Below are positions 1 through 13,357 of a DNA stretch of 46,864 nucleotides, in pieces. Within the stretch, counting starts at the first letter, position 1; every line of letters begins with the position of its first letter. Origin of the DNA: Klebsormidium nitens (taxonomy: Eukaryota > Plantae > Klebsormidiophyceae); the NCBI GenBank assembly GCA_000708835.1, contig DF237187.1, forward strand, positions 84,995-131,858, given 5' to 3'. Made by a program: the position numbers and the translations under genes. Below the pieces are notes generated by a model. The model had not been told where the DNA came from and made no database searches. It saw only the letters and a program-made list of their open reading frames with translations.

Positions 1-2023
1 CTACCCCTGCCCCGACCACCCCTAGGCCCACCACCCCTGCTCCTACCACGGCGGCCCCGACCACCCCGGCACCCACTACTCCGGCGCCGACCACCCCTAA
101 GCCCACCACTTCTGCACCTACCACGGCGGCCCCTGTTCCGACTACCTCTGCCCCGGTGCCAACTACCGCCGCACCTGTGCCGACTTCCGTCGTCCCCACA
201 ATGACGCCAGCGCCCACTCCCGTGGCGACCCGCCCCCAGCCCTGCATCAGCAACGGGACCTCGGTGAAGGGCGGTGAGTTAGATTGACTCAATTGCACAT
301 TATACAATATCTAATTGCGCAAAAATTCTGACATGAGAGACCTGATGCCTGATTGTACTTGGGACCGTGCGTGTGCATAAGGCAGGACAGTCTGACAGCA
401 GTTTGATTCTAGAGGAACCTCTTGGATATAGTTACTGATCTATTCGTTTCATTGTGCAGACCCTCACTTCATCGGCAAGCACGGCGAGAAGTTCGACTTC
501 ATGGGCGAGGCTGGCAAGGACTACTGCCTGATCGCGGACAAGAATCTGCACATCAACATGCACGTGTTTGCCGGCAGAAGAGAAGGCACCACTGTAAGTT
601 CCCTTCTCGAAATCTCTACGAGTCCAAGTTTGAAGTAACCCTGCCCGTTACAGTGGGGTTACAGTTTCTTCTACGCAATTTTCAGTTCCTTTCTACGCAA
701 GGGGTCCAAGTTCAGAAAAGAGCCTGCCCGCACTGCTTTCAAGACGAACTTTGACCTGGAAAACGTCTATTGAAAAGAAGAGGCAAGACACCACAGTCCG
801 TCCAACAGATACTCACTGAATCTTGAAACCTTCTGGTTTCCTTGGGATGTAGATTGAATTGCTGAAGACGAATGGTCACTCGATTCACAGAAGGAGACTC
901 AAAAGTCGCTCGCAACTCAACTGACGTCACCTGTCCCGCCCCCCTGCAGTACATCTCGGAGATCGGTATGCTCATCGGCTCCGACGAAGTGTACGTCTCC
1001 GCTAAGTCTTCCGACACGGCCGGCTGGAAAGACACCCAGGGCCAGGTCCTCATCAACGGCATCGAGCTCCCCGCTTCGGACCTCAACATGACGCTCTCGG
1101 ACGGCCTCACAATCACCAGGACGCGGACGTCCGTGAGAATCGTGAAGGCGGGCCTGCTGGACGTGACGCTCGACATCGCGCGCGCGTCCTTCTGGGAGAA
1201 CGGACCCGGACAGAACTTCGTGAGTCATCGCGAGCACGTGGCCTTGATGACGTGTCCGAGAGCTTCGACCAGAAGAGTCTGCTTGTGATCTATCAAACTT
1301 TCACTGCACGCCCTCTTTAATCAGTTGGCAGAACGAAACTGTATTCGAGCCTGTCTTTAAGGGCAAACTTGACTGGATTATCCAGAAGTAAGAAGCACTT
1401 GAGATACTGCTGGCTCTGACAACCTCCTCAGGCAATCTCGACCAGAAAACTGTGAAGGAAAAGCTTCCTGACCCAAACTTCTTTTTGCCTGTTCAGATCA
1501 ACTTCAAGGTTTCCAGCCTCGACGTCTCCCCCAGCGTCCACGGAGTGCTCGGACAGACCTACCGGGAGACGGCCAAGACGTATCAGAAGCTGGTCAACGG
1601 CCCCGAGTACAAGAAGCTGCGGGCCAACGGCATGCCCTTCTTCGTCGACGGCGAGGAGAACGACTATGAGACCTCAGGTAAATAAACTCGAATCTTTTTT
1701 AAATTTCCGACTTGGGTTATAGTCAAGTCGATCATCGATACATGCTATAAATCTTTTGAGCAAGCGATTTGAAGTCGGGTGAAGATCTGATCACTTTTGC
1801 TGTTGCATCAAAGCGAACGATTACGTCAAAAGATTAAGGAAGTGCGCAGCTCTGCTGATCGAAAGACCAACCCTGAGAAGACCAGAACATGGCATCGACA
1901 CTGTATCTGACCTTGTTCTTGGGTGCTGCCGCAGGTATCATGGCTGCTGACTGCAAGTTCGCCCGCTTCTCCATTCAAGAAAGTACCGTCTCTGCTGGTG
2001 GCAGGAAACTGTTGGCACACTAG
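1..2023 (+). CDS. Pro/Thr-rich (mucin/AGP/extensin-like) protein with a plant root cap / LEA-related domain; 5' end lies outside the window
   Basis: Exons <1-273, 460-593, 950-1219, 1497-1677, 1935-2023, all GT-AG and phase-consistent. Translation: (PTTPA/PTTAA)n...CISNGTSVKG-GDPHFIGKHGEKFDFMGEAGKDYCLIADKNLHINMH...HGVLGQTYR...DYETSGIMAADCKFARF...GGRKLLAH*. The GDPHF/FDF/YCL and HGVLGQT...DY.TS...DC.F.RF motifs match my recollection of plant root-cap (PF06830-type) proteins. Confidence 0.85.
3..240 (+). repeat. Coding low-complexity Pro/Thr/Ala pentapeptide repeats (PTTPA, PTTAA, PVPTT)
   Basis: Direct translation from position 3: TPAPTTPRPTTPAPTTAAPTTPAPTTPAPTTPKPTTSAPTTAAPVPTTSAPVPTTAAPVPT... 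Confidence 0.9.
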
Positions 2024-3480
2024 GCAATCAGCGTAGTATTTATTGGCAGATGACATTCAAGGGCAAGAAGGCCCACTAATCATTCGACTGATATGGTGAT
2101 AGCGATTGAAAGACTCGACAAACGTAGTCAACAACTCGTCGACAACGATTTGCGAGGTCAAAGTAGAGCTGATGACCGAAGAGTAATTGCCTGCTTCGCA
2201 AGAGAGGACCGTGTGATAGTGGGGCCAAGACGACATGGTTCCCCCCAGCGCAAGTATAGTAGCCTTCATAAATGGCTTCAATCAGTGTAGTATATGTAGG
2301 TCTCTTCAATCAGTTCTGTCCAGTCCCTCCCGTCTGTAGTCTTAACTTATCAGAAACAATAATTCTTTACTGACCCACACAACATTCGTTTAATCAAAGA
2401 CACGCAATTGAGCAAACTGTTGACCAGACTAATTTGCAGAAGCACCGGCCACACAGCAATCAAATTGAGATTCATTTCTTGCCATCCATCAAGCCATTCA
2501 ACTCGAACCAAAATCATCGAGTGACCCGCCTTCCGACACTTTCGTCGCTCTGAGTGACTAGTTGCTAGGGCTGACGAGTACGGTACATTATGCGCATGCA
2601 CGCAGCTGTGCACTGACATGTGAATTGGGCCAATTCAGCATACTTAATCATGCTTGCACTATGGACACTTCACTTATAGCCCGTGCGCATCAAAGGCATG
2701 GGGCGGAGTGCGGGTATACATAGCAGTGTTAGTGCTGTTTGCAAGAACATGTTTCTACAGCAACAACTCCTCGACAGCCTGAGAACCTACGGACCAAGAA
2801 ACCAATCTCTTATTGCATCTGCACTACGGTATCGTGAAGCTAGCTAGTCATCGTTTGGATACCATCTACGGTATGAGATGAAGACTACTACTATAGCCTA
2901 GCTTTATTCAGATATGTGCTTCTATGCTAGAGTCTTCGTTCCTGAAGGTCCGGTCCGCGGGTCTCGAGGATATGCGTTGCTGTATGACACGTCCGTGCTG
3001 ACATACCCTGAGCAGTGGCATCAAAAAGATGGCACCTCGCACATAAGGGGCCGAAGTCTTTGTGGCCGCAGCGAGGTATTCGGGCCCTTATGAGACATCT
3101 GCGCAATATCTAACAAGCAGCATTGATCCGACGGCAGGGGCGCTGGCCCCTCGCTTCGGGATACTGGTAAATATTGCGTTTGTAGACTATAAATGATCCC
3201 TATTTCAACTTGCGACGTGCTCCGTGAGTCACGCTCGAGCGTGATCTGCATCTTAGCAGATATGCTAAATTCTGATTGCTTATTTGACGTCTCAGTGGCC
3301 CGGGCGACACATATGCATATCGCCAGGAAGCAGATTGCGATATCACGGAAGGCATCACTGGGACCGTAGAGATCAAAGTTGCAACTCGTAGGCTATAGCT
3401 GATATATGATGCGCCGGCACTCGAATGTGTAGCTCCGACATAGCTGGGTCCAACTGTACATTGGTCGGGCCATGCCGGCC

Positions 3481-3582
3481 GTTCATCCGACAAGATTCCG
3501 TCCAGCTCTTCCTTTCCGAGGAACCAAGCTAGTTCACCCGACACGATTCCGTCCAACTCTTCCTTTCCGAGGAACCGAGCTC
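3481..3582. repeat. Two-copy 51-bp tandem duplication downstream of the stomatin-like gene
   Basis: gttcatccgacaagattccgtccagctcttcctttccgaggaaccaagcta followed by gttcacccgacacgattccgtccaactcttcctttccgaggaaccgagctc. Confidence 0.9.
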
Positions 3583-3827
3583 GTAGAAGAAGACCTTTGG
3601 GCATATGCACATCATTTGATATTCATGCGCAAGCACCAAGTCATAAGACGGGCGATGTCCGTGGTCGGGCTCTACACCAGAAGGAGAAGTTATGTACCTC
3701 ATTGCTAAACTTGTATGCGGACGGACAGTGTTGAAAAACTTCCTTTCGACGCCCTCAGCTCGACACGCTCAGCTGCTTATTACGGTCCTGATAGACACAT
3801 TGAATCCTTATGGACCACCTCCGCAAG

Positions 3828-6800
3828 TTACCGCGTGTCTGGGAACCTGTGGGCCTCGTCATCTCTGTCATGACGTTGCAGACTGAAGGGAACTCCATGG
3901 TTCGCGTCGTTTCTGGGCGGCTGGACCGGGCGTCCCGCGTTTCTTGAGTTGTTCGGCGGTTGCCACTGCTGCGTCAACTGGCCGCCTGCCTTTCCCCCCC
4001 CAGATGTCAATGCCCCGGTTTCATCGGAGGCGCTATTGGCAGACCCGGCCCCGTTTCCGACCTGCTTATATACGGCCAGCGCTTGCGCTACAAAGCTGGC
4101 AGGGTCGGACATGTTGGCGGGGAGCAGCATCGTGTTGCCCTGAGCGGGAAAAAGGGGAGGAGATTTGGTTGAAATCTTGTAAAAACGTCAGCAGACTGGA
4201 TTTACGGCAATAAGGAATCAGCTGGTTGCAATCTGCAGTGGTCAAGGCCCGTGAACGTGTTCTCCCGCCGGCGCCACTTCGAAGACATCTGGGCATCCGA
4301 ACGAAACAAGCGAGCGGATGCGGAAAAGGCAAATCAGCCAGTCTTCGAAAAGATTGGGGATCCCGAAGAAAGAACCGGCTGCGGCCAACGAACTTGAAAC
4401 GCAGCCGTTAAAGCGTAGACCGCCGTTGAACTGTAGTTGTTCGTCCTGACGTAGGAGCCAAGAGACTTTAGTAAACTTTGGACCTGCTTCTGGACTCTGC
4501 AATCCCGTTATCAGCAGAAAAAGCAGCAACACAAGTGCCTTAAAGAAGAGCGGGACTCCGTGACGCCCACAGGACCGGCTTCCGTTTGCCCGCTTCCCAA
4601 ACGGAACGGAACAACGGGCGGCCACGCTTTCGATCTCGATCGCGTTCATGAGTGGTAACGCTATGAAAGGGTGACTGAAACGGGCAGGGTGTGCTAAGGG
4701 GGTTAGGTGGGTACGGGTGCGGAGCAAATGTAATCTGCGGGTTTATATTTTCAGTTACGTGTTGCCATCACTCTTCATGGTGCTTACTCTTTATAGCAAT
4801 CAAGCGTTACAACACTACGGGGAAGTCAGGTTTCGTGACCAAGTCCAGAGGATACGAAAGGATACGGGTGGAACATTAACGAAGGTGCATCTTCGTCAGA
4901 TAGGCGCGTTCTGCAACGTCTTACCTTCTTGGCGATCTGGCCGAACGCATGCAAGTACTGCTCCGCAACTCTGAGTGACGCGGCCTGCGCAACATGCGGA
5001 GCAATCGCTCAGCCGCCATTGCTGGCCTTTGAATCGAATCGAATACTCCTTCGCTCCAACTCTGGAAGTTAAAACATTTTAGAAGTATCTGAAGGCAGCG
5101 TTTCTGGTTTTTCTTAAGTGACTCAGTACAAAGCCACATCGCGGTGGCCACGGGCAGAGCCTTTCAAGACTCCGTGGGTCCGTGCGCAGACTTTGGGAAA
5201 GCTCGCGTGCTTGCTCTGCGGGGCTTGCAGAAGACAAACCTCACGCTGACCGCATGAATCACGACTGGCTCCAACAAGGCGGCAAAACTTTCAGCTGCTA
5301 CGGCTGGTGTCGCAAATCTAGTATTCAGCAGCCATTATGCGTGGTAATACCAAGAACAGCGACAACGTGGCCACAACAGTCGTAACCAACGCACCGAATA
5401 TACAGCGAGGAGAGACCTGGATTCTCATGCTGCGCCCTCGAACATGAATTGACATGAGTCAAGCGATTGTTCCGACTAGAGCCGGTAGCCACCGTCAATC
5501 GGGAAACGCAAAGCAAATGCTCTGTACCTTTAACTTGACACCGTCGCTCTGCATAACCAAGTTAGGCGTCTGCTTGCTAAAAGTGATTTTTCGGGAGAGC
5601 AGCCGCCTACCTCAGCCCCCCCTTGCGCAGTGATCGCGTCAGAAATGACCTGCAGCCCGCGAGAGGTGGCCTCCGCCCGCTGGAAGATCGCCTCCGCTTC
5701 TCCTGTACACGTGTCAAACCGATACTGGTGGGAGGCTTGTCTCAAACCGGAGAGCAAACGAGGGTGGCCAACGTTGTTGAGAAATTTGATTACCGACGAG
5801 AGCGGTTACAGCTCGAAAAAGGGCGTGCGCTTTTCACTGGACCAGGTACTTCGGATCTGCGGCCACCGGTTCTCGTTGAACGAGTACGCAAAGGGGCCTA
5901 CAAGGAGGCACTAATGAAGTGCTTCTCGGATAGACGTCGTTACCCGCATTAAGGACACCACTTTGGTACCGCTACTTTGACAGGGGGCCACTTGGTCGAG
6001 TCAACGAGTTGAACGAATAGCTAGTGTTCGCAGAAATTAGAAACTCCCAACTGATTGAAAAGGCACAGGAGTATCACAAGAGGTAAAGTACGGACCAAAA
6101 GAGCAGCGCGGCTCTGGCCTATCGAGACTCGACAACATTCATGATAAGCCAAGATATTGTTAAGGTAACCGCACTGGGACGGGTAGGTTTACTCTGGTGC
6201 GGAGCAGGTAACTTTTTGGGTTAAGATTTTGGTGTTAGTCGGAGCTTGTGATTAATCTTGCTCAACAATATATTCTTGAGTTTCGTCTCTGGGCTCACCC
6301 TTGGCCCGATTGATCTGGTCCGTCATGGCGGCTTCGGACGCCAGGATGACGGACGTCTTCTGCCCGTCCGCAACGTTGATGTTCGCCTGCATCTCTCCTG
6401 TACATCCGAACGGACGAGCCACGTGTCAGCAAGGGAACCAGCCACGACACACAAAATTTTGCCAGCTAGAGGATACGACATCCGGGCCTGTCAAGAGGAC
6501 AAGTATGAATGAGTTCGTTGACGAGTGAGGGAATAATCGCACGGGATTGCGGTCCTCTTCCCGATAATTGCAGTATGGTCGAGATGGTCTTAGTGACGTT
6601 TGCAACGCCCTTCGTCCCTCTTCCAAAAGCAGAATCTCGGAGGGGCGATTGGGCAAATCGAGCGGCTCAGCACTTCGAAATTACTGGCAAGATTCGACGG
6701 CGCCGGACAAGACGGGAACCAGTTTACCTGAAGGTCTTGGAGGCAAGAAAGTAAACAGCGATTGAGTAAGAGATTCTAGTTCACAAATTCTATCCAGATT

Positions 6801-9800
6801 CTGACCACACACGCGGCATGCCAACCTCAAAGCGGTTTCTGTTCGGTGCCTCTCTTTTGAAATCGAAAAGCGGGCGACTGCTCCCTCTTCTTGCGGTCTC
6901 TTCGTCGTTGCACGCAAGTGGACAATGATTGCGGAGCGCAGAATGGTCCGATTTTACTGAGCTCTCTGCCAAGAGCTCTTACCTTCGGACTCAAGGATCT
7001 GCGCGCGTTTCCGTCGCTCAGCCTCGGCCTGCATCTCCATCGCCTGCTTGACGCCGATGGGGGGAGCAATGTCCCCTGCAGATACAGAAGCGACCGAATC
7101 AGTTTGCGTCCTCTTCGCAAATCAAGATTCAGATTTGGAGACCGACCGAAGGTCTTCGCGTTCAGAGTTCGACTAGGAGGACGGCTAAAGTTCTTTGCCA
7201 TCGTCATTCGAACTTAACGGACGGCTAGAATTCTTCGCGATTCACATTCGGACTTGGAAGACGGCTAGACTTGTTCTTTGATAAGATCCAGACTTGGAGG
7301 GACGTAGAATTCTTTGGGATTCGGGCTTCAACTTGGAGAACTGCTCGATTCGGACAGGCGTGTTAGAGCGGCGACTCGTAGCCTGCTGCTGCAATCAGTT
7401 TGATCACGCAACAATCATTTGAGAAAGTCCAGCTTTTCGACTGGGCAGCTGATGCCGCAGAATCGGGTGCCCTAAAACCCCAAAACCGCAAATGAGGCCT
7501 TGAAAAAACATGCCCAAGATGTTGCATGCAAGTAGTGAAGCACACTTTCACATGACTGCTTCCTGTCAAGAACGTGAAAAACAAAATCGCATACGGCACT
7601 TAGGTGTAGCAAGAGGAAGAACAAAAAAATTATGGAAGGGCATAAGGATCACAACAGCACAATAACGAAAGTATGGGCTTCGAAGGTGACTGAAAAGACG
7701 ACTTTGCCCGTCCGCTCTCATGGTTCCATTTTATCCGACTCTCTTACACTGAGAAAATGTGGTCTCGTCAACTGAACCGAAAACTAGAAACGTTAGCCAA
7801 GTCTTTCAAAGCAAAGGAAAGTAATCTCATCAAGTGATTGAAAGGCGATTTGACGAAGCGAAGGATAAGGCAACTCACGAATTTCGTAACGCATGCACTG
7901 GAGGCCCCAGGCTGTTGCGGCTTCGTTAATCACACGCTGCATCGGAAAGCCAACGGTCAGCACGAGGATCGACAGAGAAAGAACTACAATTCTTTGTTTC
8001 AAATATTTCCAGAAAAAAAATGTGCTTTTAAGATGCGCCTCACAAACTTGAGACCTTGAGGGAGGGACCGTAACGATCAGGAGTTGGATTCGTTCCAAAG
8101 CCTCCTCTCGGTACCAAGTATAAGGCTGCTGACGTCATTGCTGACAGCGCTCACCACTATGTTCTCGTTCAGAGTGTCTCGCTCCGAGAAGGTCTTGTCA
8201 AGCGTGATCTTGCCGAGTTCGCTTCGCATGGTAGTCTGGGCAAGCTGGATAACTGCAAAGATGGGATTCTCGACGCCGTAACTGGCCTTCACAGGGTCGA
8301 CCACCTGGGGGGGGAGAATGGCGAAAACGTTCACAGGTGACCATGAAGTAAAGAGTAAAGTAAGTCAGATTGACATACTTGAAGATTCTAACATAAACCT
8401 AACAATTTTAGATGAACTAGGTCTTAGAATAGTATATGTCTTTGCTGCTGTGATGAGAAGCGAAATTGGAAACCGTCATAGACAAGATGTGTTCAGGAGC
8501 GCACAAGTGGTTTAAATCGGCAGGACGTTGAAAGCTTTTTGAAGGAACACTTTGTGCTGAAACACTTTTGAGGAGAAACCTTTTCCCCAGATAAGGTCAC
8601 TATGGCCTTTCGAACCAAGTGAGCGGCGAAACAATCTCAGAGCAGGAGTTCGATGCCAAAAGGCAACCAACAATCCTATGAGCTAGAAGTTTCTAAAGCA
8701 ACATGCTTGTTTGACTTTCACAGGATTCTTGCTTTTTGAACAATACGGGTTTGAAGAGGACGTCCTCTGAGTCTATCAAAGCCCCCAGAAATCTAGAGAC
8801 CATTCTTCACTCAGGGCCCCAGAAGATTCGATTCTTCCGACAGATACTGGTGAAAGAAGACCAACTCCGTGTACTGGTTCTGTCCAACTCTTTTCTGCTT
8901 GTAGGCTGGTGACATGGGACTGACATAAAACTGGGAGTGAGACGTGACCATCAAATAATGTGATCACTTCCTTTCAGGCCAATGCATCACGGGGCTGAAT
9001 GCAGAAAGCAGTGCCGCACAAAACTACATGTTCCACCAGACCAGACCCAACAATGTGGGGGACACATATTAGGTAGTGAGTTTGACGGAGGCACCGATTG
9101 TCGTATCTTTTTCCGAGGGAAAAATGGAAGAAGAAAGTTCCAAATACAATGAGCCCTGTATTAAACAAGATGCTCAGTCACAGAACGATACAAATTTCAG
9201 GAACTTCAGCCAAGTCCGTGTTAACATTGGAAGGGCCCTCACCTTGACATAGAGCACCCCGTCGATGGAGATGCTGACGTTGTCCTTTGTGATGGCGCTC
9301 TGGTTTGGAATGGGGATCGCTTCCTCCTTCAAGGAATGGACATAAGCAATTCTGTCCAGGACCGGGATCAAAAGATGGATCCCAGGCTCCAGGACTTTCC
9401 TGAACCGTCCGAAGCGCTCGATGACGAACGCACTCTGCTGGGGGACGATCCTGATGCCAAAGTTGGGAGGGGGGGGGATCATGTAGCGAACGGACGGGTC
9501 GTCCCGTCCACTGATGTAGTTTCGAGAAGCAAAGCCCCTGGCTCCGGAGATGAAAGACGGCTGCTGATTGGTGTGAAAAGGCAGCCTTGAGGTTGAAAGA
9601 CCGATGGTGATGTTTGACCGCAGTTTTGAGCTCAGAAGTTGAGAATTGACACCGAAGCTTGTCAATCTGGTCACGTCCTGGCGGTGTCTTGAGTGGTGCG
9701 AAGTATCAGGAGAGTTGAGTACGGTTGCATGGTGAAACGCGCTGCTTGGTGACTCGTGGTTTCTTCCCGATTGGCTAGAACTTTGGGCTGAACCCCAAGG

Positions 9801-9914
9801 GTAGTCACGTCCTACCACCACTGCAGGGGACAAATTCTTTCCTGCAGAGTTTCTCTGCATTTGATGGAGGGCAGTGTTGAGGAGCCGCAGCGAGGTCCGT
9901 CCAGGAGCCGCCAT
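3828..9914 (-). CDS. SLP2: Mitochondrial stomatin-like protein (SPFH/band-7 domain plus C-terminal domain), about 511 aa
   Basis: Eight exons: 9914-9243, 8304-8155, 7936-7879, 7075-6983, 6397-6299, 5702-5611, 4984-4925, 4139-3828. All GT-AG with matching phases, 1536 nt in total. Family motifs: [108 protein letters not shown]. The Arg/Ser-rich N-terminus resembles a mitochondrial presequence. Confidence 0.95.
4681..4756. repeat. Dispersed ~80-bp repeat, copy A (last intron of the stomatin-like gene)
   Basis: Shares the core GGTGCGGAGC, the upstream acggg and a downstream gggtt..tttt tract with 6176-6260 and 15908-16013. Confidence 0.6.
6176..6260. repeat. Dispersed ~80-bp repeat, copy B (intron 5 of the stomatin-like gene)
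   Basis: gggacgggtagg...ggtgcggagcaggtaactttttgggttaagattttggtgttagtcggagcttgtga aligns by eye to 15908-16013. Confidence 0.55.
7140..7340. repeat. Degenerate 40-bp minisatellite, about 5 copies, intronic
   Basis: gacggcta recurs at 7180, 7220 and 7260 (exact 40-bp period), with degenerate units near 7144 and 7301. Each unit carries ttct(t) and (g/a)actt(gg/aa). Confidence 0.8.
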
Positions 9915-12900
9915 GTTCTTCCAAAAAGGAACCTTACACTTTACAATCTACAGAGTCTGCTGGGTTGAAGTGGGTGGTCGTCCAAGAGGAAGGCCTCAGG
10001 CGCACCACTATGTGATCCTAGTTACAGCGGCTTGCCTAAAAAGCAAGGCACCCACACGGCTGCAATCCAGCGATGCTTGGAACTGCTCGGTCTGATTCCG
10101 ATGAGAATTGCGGGCGCAAATGCTCCTGAAGAGCTCCTTAGAAACAACCTCATGCGCAGCTGATTGTGCATACAAAGCAATTGCCTCCAGGCAGAGCAGG
10201 TTTTCAGCAACGCACTTTCTTCCTCGCCCCCTGCTACTGCACTGGCATGTGAGGTGCGTACCCATATACGGGATCCCACTGTATGATGTGACGCGTTGTT
10301 AACCCAAGTCGATTAAACCTTGGTGCCTGGTCGTTTCGGGCAATCTAGGCTCTCTGATCATCGCACCAGATAAGGGTTTTCGCCAAACCCATTCACAACC
10401 CGCAACGTCTGCACAATCACCGTCGGTGTATGGCATTGGGGGCACGGTATATCGCAGGAACCTGGCCCCCCGAAACAGCAGCACACTGCCCACAGAAAAT
10501 TCTTCTTGCTGTAAAGCTACGGAATTGGCGCATGCAGGCAACAATCTACTTGATCTTATCTGAGCGTTGCCGCCGCTTCCATGGCGGCCTGGCGACACGA
10601 TGAAGACGACCTGCAAAGGCCAGCCTTGCTGCTACGGCAGCTGGCAGTGACGCCACAACGGCGGGTCTCCCCACCTCGTATCGATTCTGGTATTTCATCG
10701 GCGCGCTTCACTCAAGTTCTTTGTAGTGTCCTTCCTGCGGCATTCTGTTCTGGATCTAAGTTGTGCAAGTTATGAAACTTTTCTTCCTTTGCGGTGCCGA
10801 CATAGTGCTTCAAGCTTTATCAGATGTTCTGAGAACAGTCTGGGCTTTAGGTAATGGTAGATTCTTACCTGGTACCACCACCCTACCATCAGATCCATTA
10901 TTTAACAGATTGCATTTGATGCTCTTTTGGCTGGTTCAAGGTGTGGATATGGTTGATGCTGCACCTTCACAAATGCTTTTGTCGACCGCGCTGGATTTAA
11001 GGCAGGGATCAGAGATATGAGAGATCTCACGTTCTTATGAGGTACTTTCATTCTTCGTTGAAATGCTTGCTGTTGGCTATATAATAGCAGACCAATGATG
11101 ACGACTTTTGTCCGTACCATCAGAAGCCTTCTGGCGGTGATGTCAATCACAAAGCTGAGGTCTGCTCAATGCTTCTCATCTGTGATTTTTCGAACGAACG
11201 TTAGAAAATATTTGCTTTTAAAAGGTGACTACGCTGACTGTTTTTCTTAATGCAACCAAATCTGGGGCAGTGACGCTTAAGATAGATGGCATTCTTACCC
11301 AATCCTGTTACACGCTGGTTGGATCATTAGGGTCTACTTCTTGTTCTAGCTGGTGATGCTCGTCCTTTGGTTGTCAATTTTATTCTTGTTCTGTCTACAG
11401 GTTGACAAGTTGTGATTGTAAACTTCACAACCTTGAAATTGGTAGATTGTCTTGGTAAAGGAAGCCTCTCTGAACTCGGTTTTCTTGGCTGTGATCGTCA
11501 AGACCAACGACAACGGTTGTCTACTTGATTTGAGCGGGCTTGAGGGTGCTCCAATTATTGGCCAGAACAAGCATTTTGCTTCAGTGTTGTGCCGCCAGTC
11601 ACATTTGTGTAGGTGAGTAAACCTTATGATTGCCACACTGCGTATCTTTTGATTTGCCACTTCCACTGTAGCTTCCTTGGATTTTGATGTTCTGAAACAA
11701 AAGTCCGAGGGGAATTGAAGTCACCATGCTCACAAGGCGACAGCCTGGACTTCCCTTGAAGTGCTGCACTGATGCCCATCATCGGTAAGCAAGAAGCAGC
11801 AACCTTTAACTGCTGTAGCTACTTTGTTGACTTTGGCGTATAGTGCCTAGATTTGATTGAACTAGCTAGTTCATTTAAGAAGTGGATACACAGTTGTAGC
11901 AGCAGTTTTCTTTGTAACGCCGGGACTCATAAATGATATATTGCCTTGAGAAGCATATATGCCCTATGTGGCTACGGTGTGAGCTATCATTCATCAATCC
12001 GACTCAGGCCCCTCTTGACCAGCAGTCCCAAACAGCTTGGATCTGATCTGATAAGCTGGATCGGTGGCCACATTCCCGGACCTTTGAGTTGACAAAACTT
12101 ATCCATTGCAGAATAGTATGTCTAGAGTGCGCTAGCTTGAGACTTAACAGTGCTTGTATTATCCGAGTTGTGATGGCGGTTTCTATGCTGCATATCGTAT
12201 CCTACAATTATTGGGTCCATGCATACATGGTGATATTCATTTAGAGACCTGCAATCGTGCAAGCCGGATCATGTCCTAGCTAGCTCGCCATCGATGCCAT
12301 AGTTGCCAAAACTTCGTGCAGCATCATGAGAGCTGCCTCACGGCGTGTTGATTGAAGAGGAAGTTGGATGCATGATGGGCCAACAACATCGCTTCCTGGC
12401 GCGCATGCCGCCGCCCACAAAGCTCAACATGCGCGTGCATGATTAGCAAGAAATCACACTAGCCGCTATATAGGCCCCATGACGGCCAGCCATGCAAGAA
12501 TTCTTGCCAGCCGGGCACTGGCATGCTCAATTAACGGCTGCAGCTGTATAGATCTTGCATGCTGTACCAGATTGCGCGACAGACGCCCGCGCGTTTATGC
12601 ACTTTGCTGCATGGTACATCTTACGTAAGCACACGGCCAGGATTCTAATCCTCAAATGCACGCATGGTGTGCATGATCCTTGCGGTGGAGTGAAAGTAGG
12701 CCGGCCAGCCGCGTGCTGGATCTTTGTAGAACGGCTGATGTGAGTCTCGAGCTGGACAGATCATACATGTAACGTACACCCGGCCTGTACACTAACATTG
12801 TCGTAACTTCAAGCATAGCCGCTTGGCCGCCATTATGTGTTATCCAACAAGGCCTCCGAATCTGCCTCATGAAAGTTCTACTAGTTCTGGCCGCCGCAAT

Positions 12901-13357
12901 CCAGAGAGCGTCATGAACCATCGTACCGACACACATCTGCAAATCTGACATGCGAACATGTTGCATAGGACGGTGATTTCATTTTCGATCCTAGGCGGCT
13001 GTGACTGCAGAAACCTCAATTTACTTCCTTGTAGTGTGCATGATTGAGCCTGCTCTAGATTAGTCGAAGTGGCGTGGTGCCCAAGAAAGCTGCTCGAACG
13101 ATCTGACTTCTTCCAATCACTAAGCTAATGGTCAATGGTAGCGCTTGCCCCATGATACTAATCGACGATCCGTGAAACTAGGCCTGAAGCTTCGCATCTT
13201 ATCCCAAGGTACTCAAACACAACGTTAGCTAACGTAGTAAGCTGCCTCCTGCTTTCTATCTTCCGATTACCATTACCTGACCTTCAACGCCCGCTCAACA
13301 AAGTGTTGGGCGGGCTCTACCGGAAACCCACGCTAGACTCAACTCAAGCGCCGGCCC

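Noticed and set aside
10581-11800. Possible gene(s) suggested by ORFs at 10581-10775, 10763-11020, 11346-11666 and splice-like sites at 11400 and 11611
   Set aside because: No GC3 bias, no recognisable motif, and no phase-consistent exon chain could be built.
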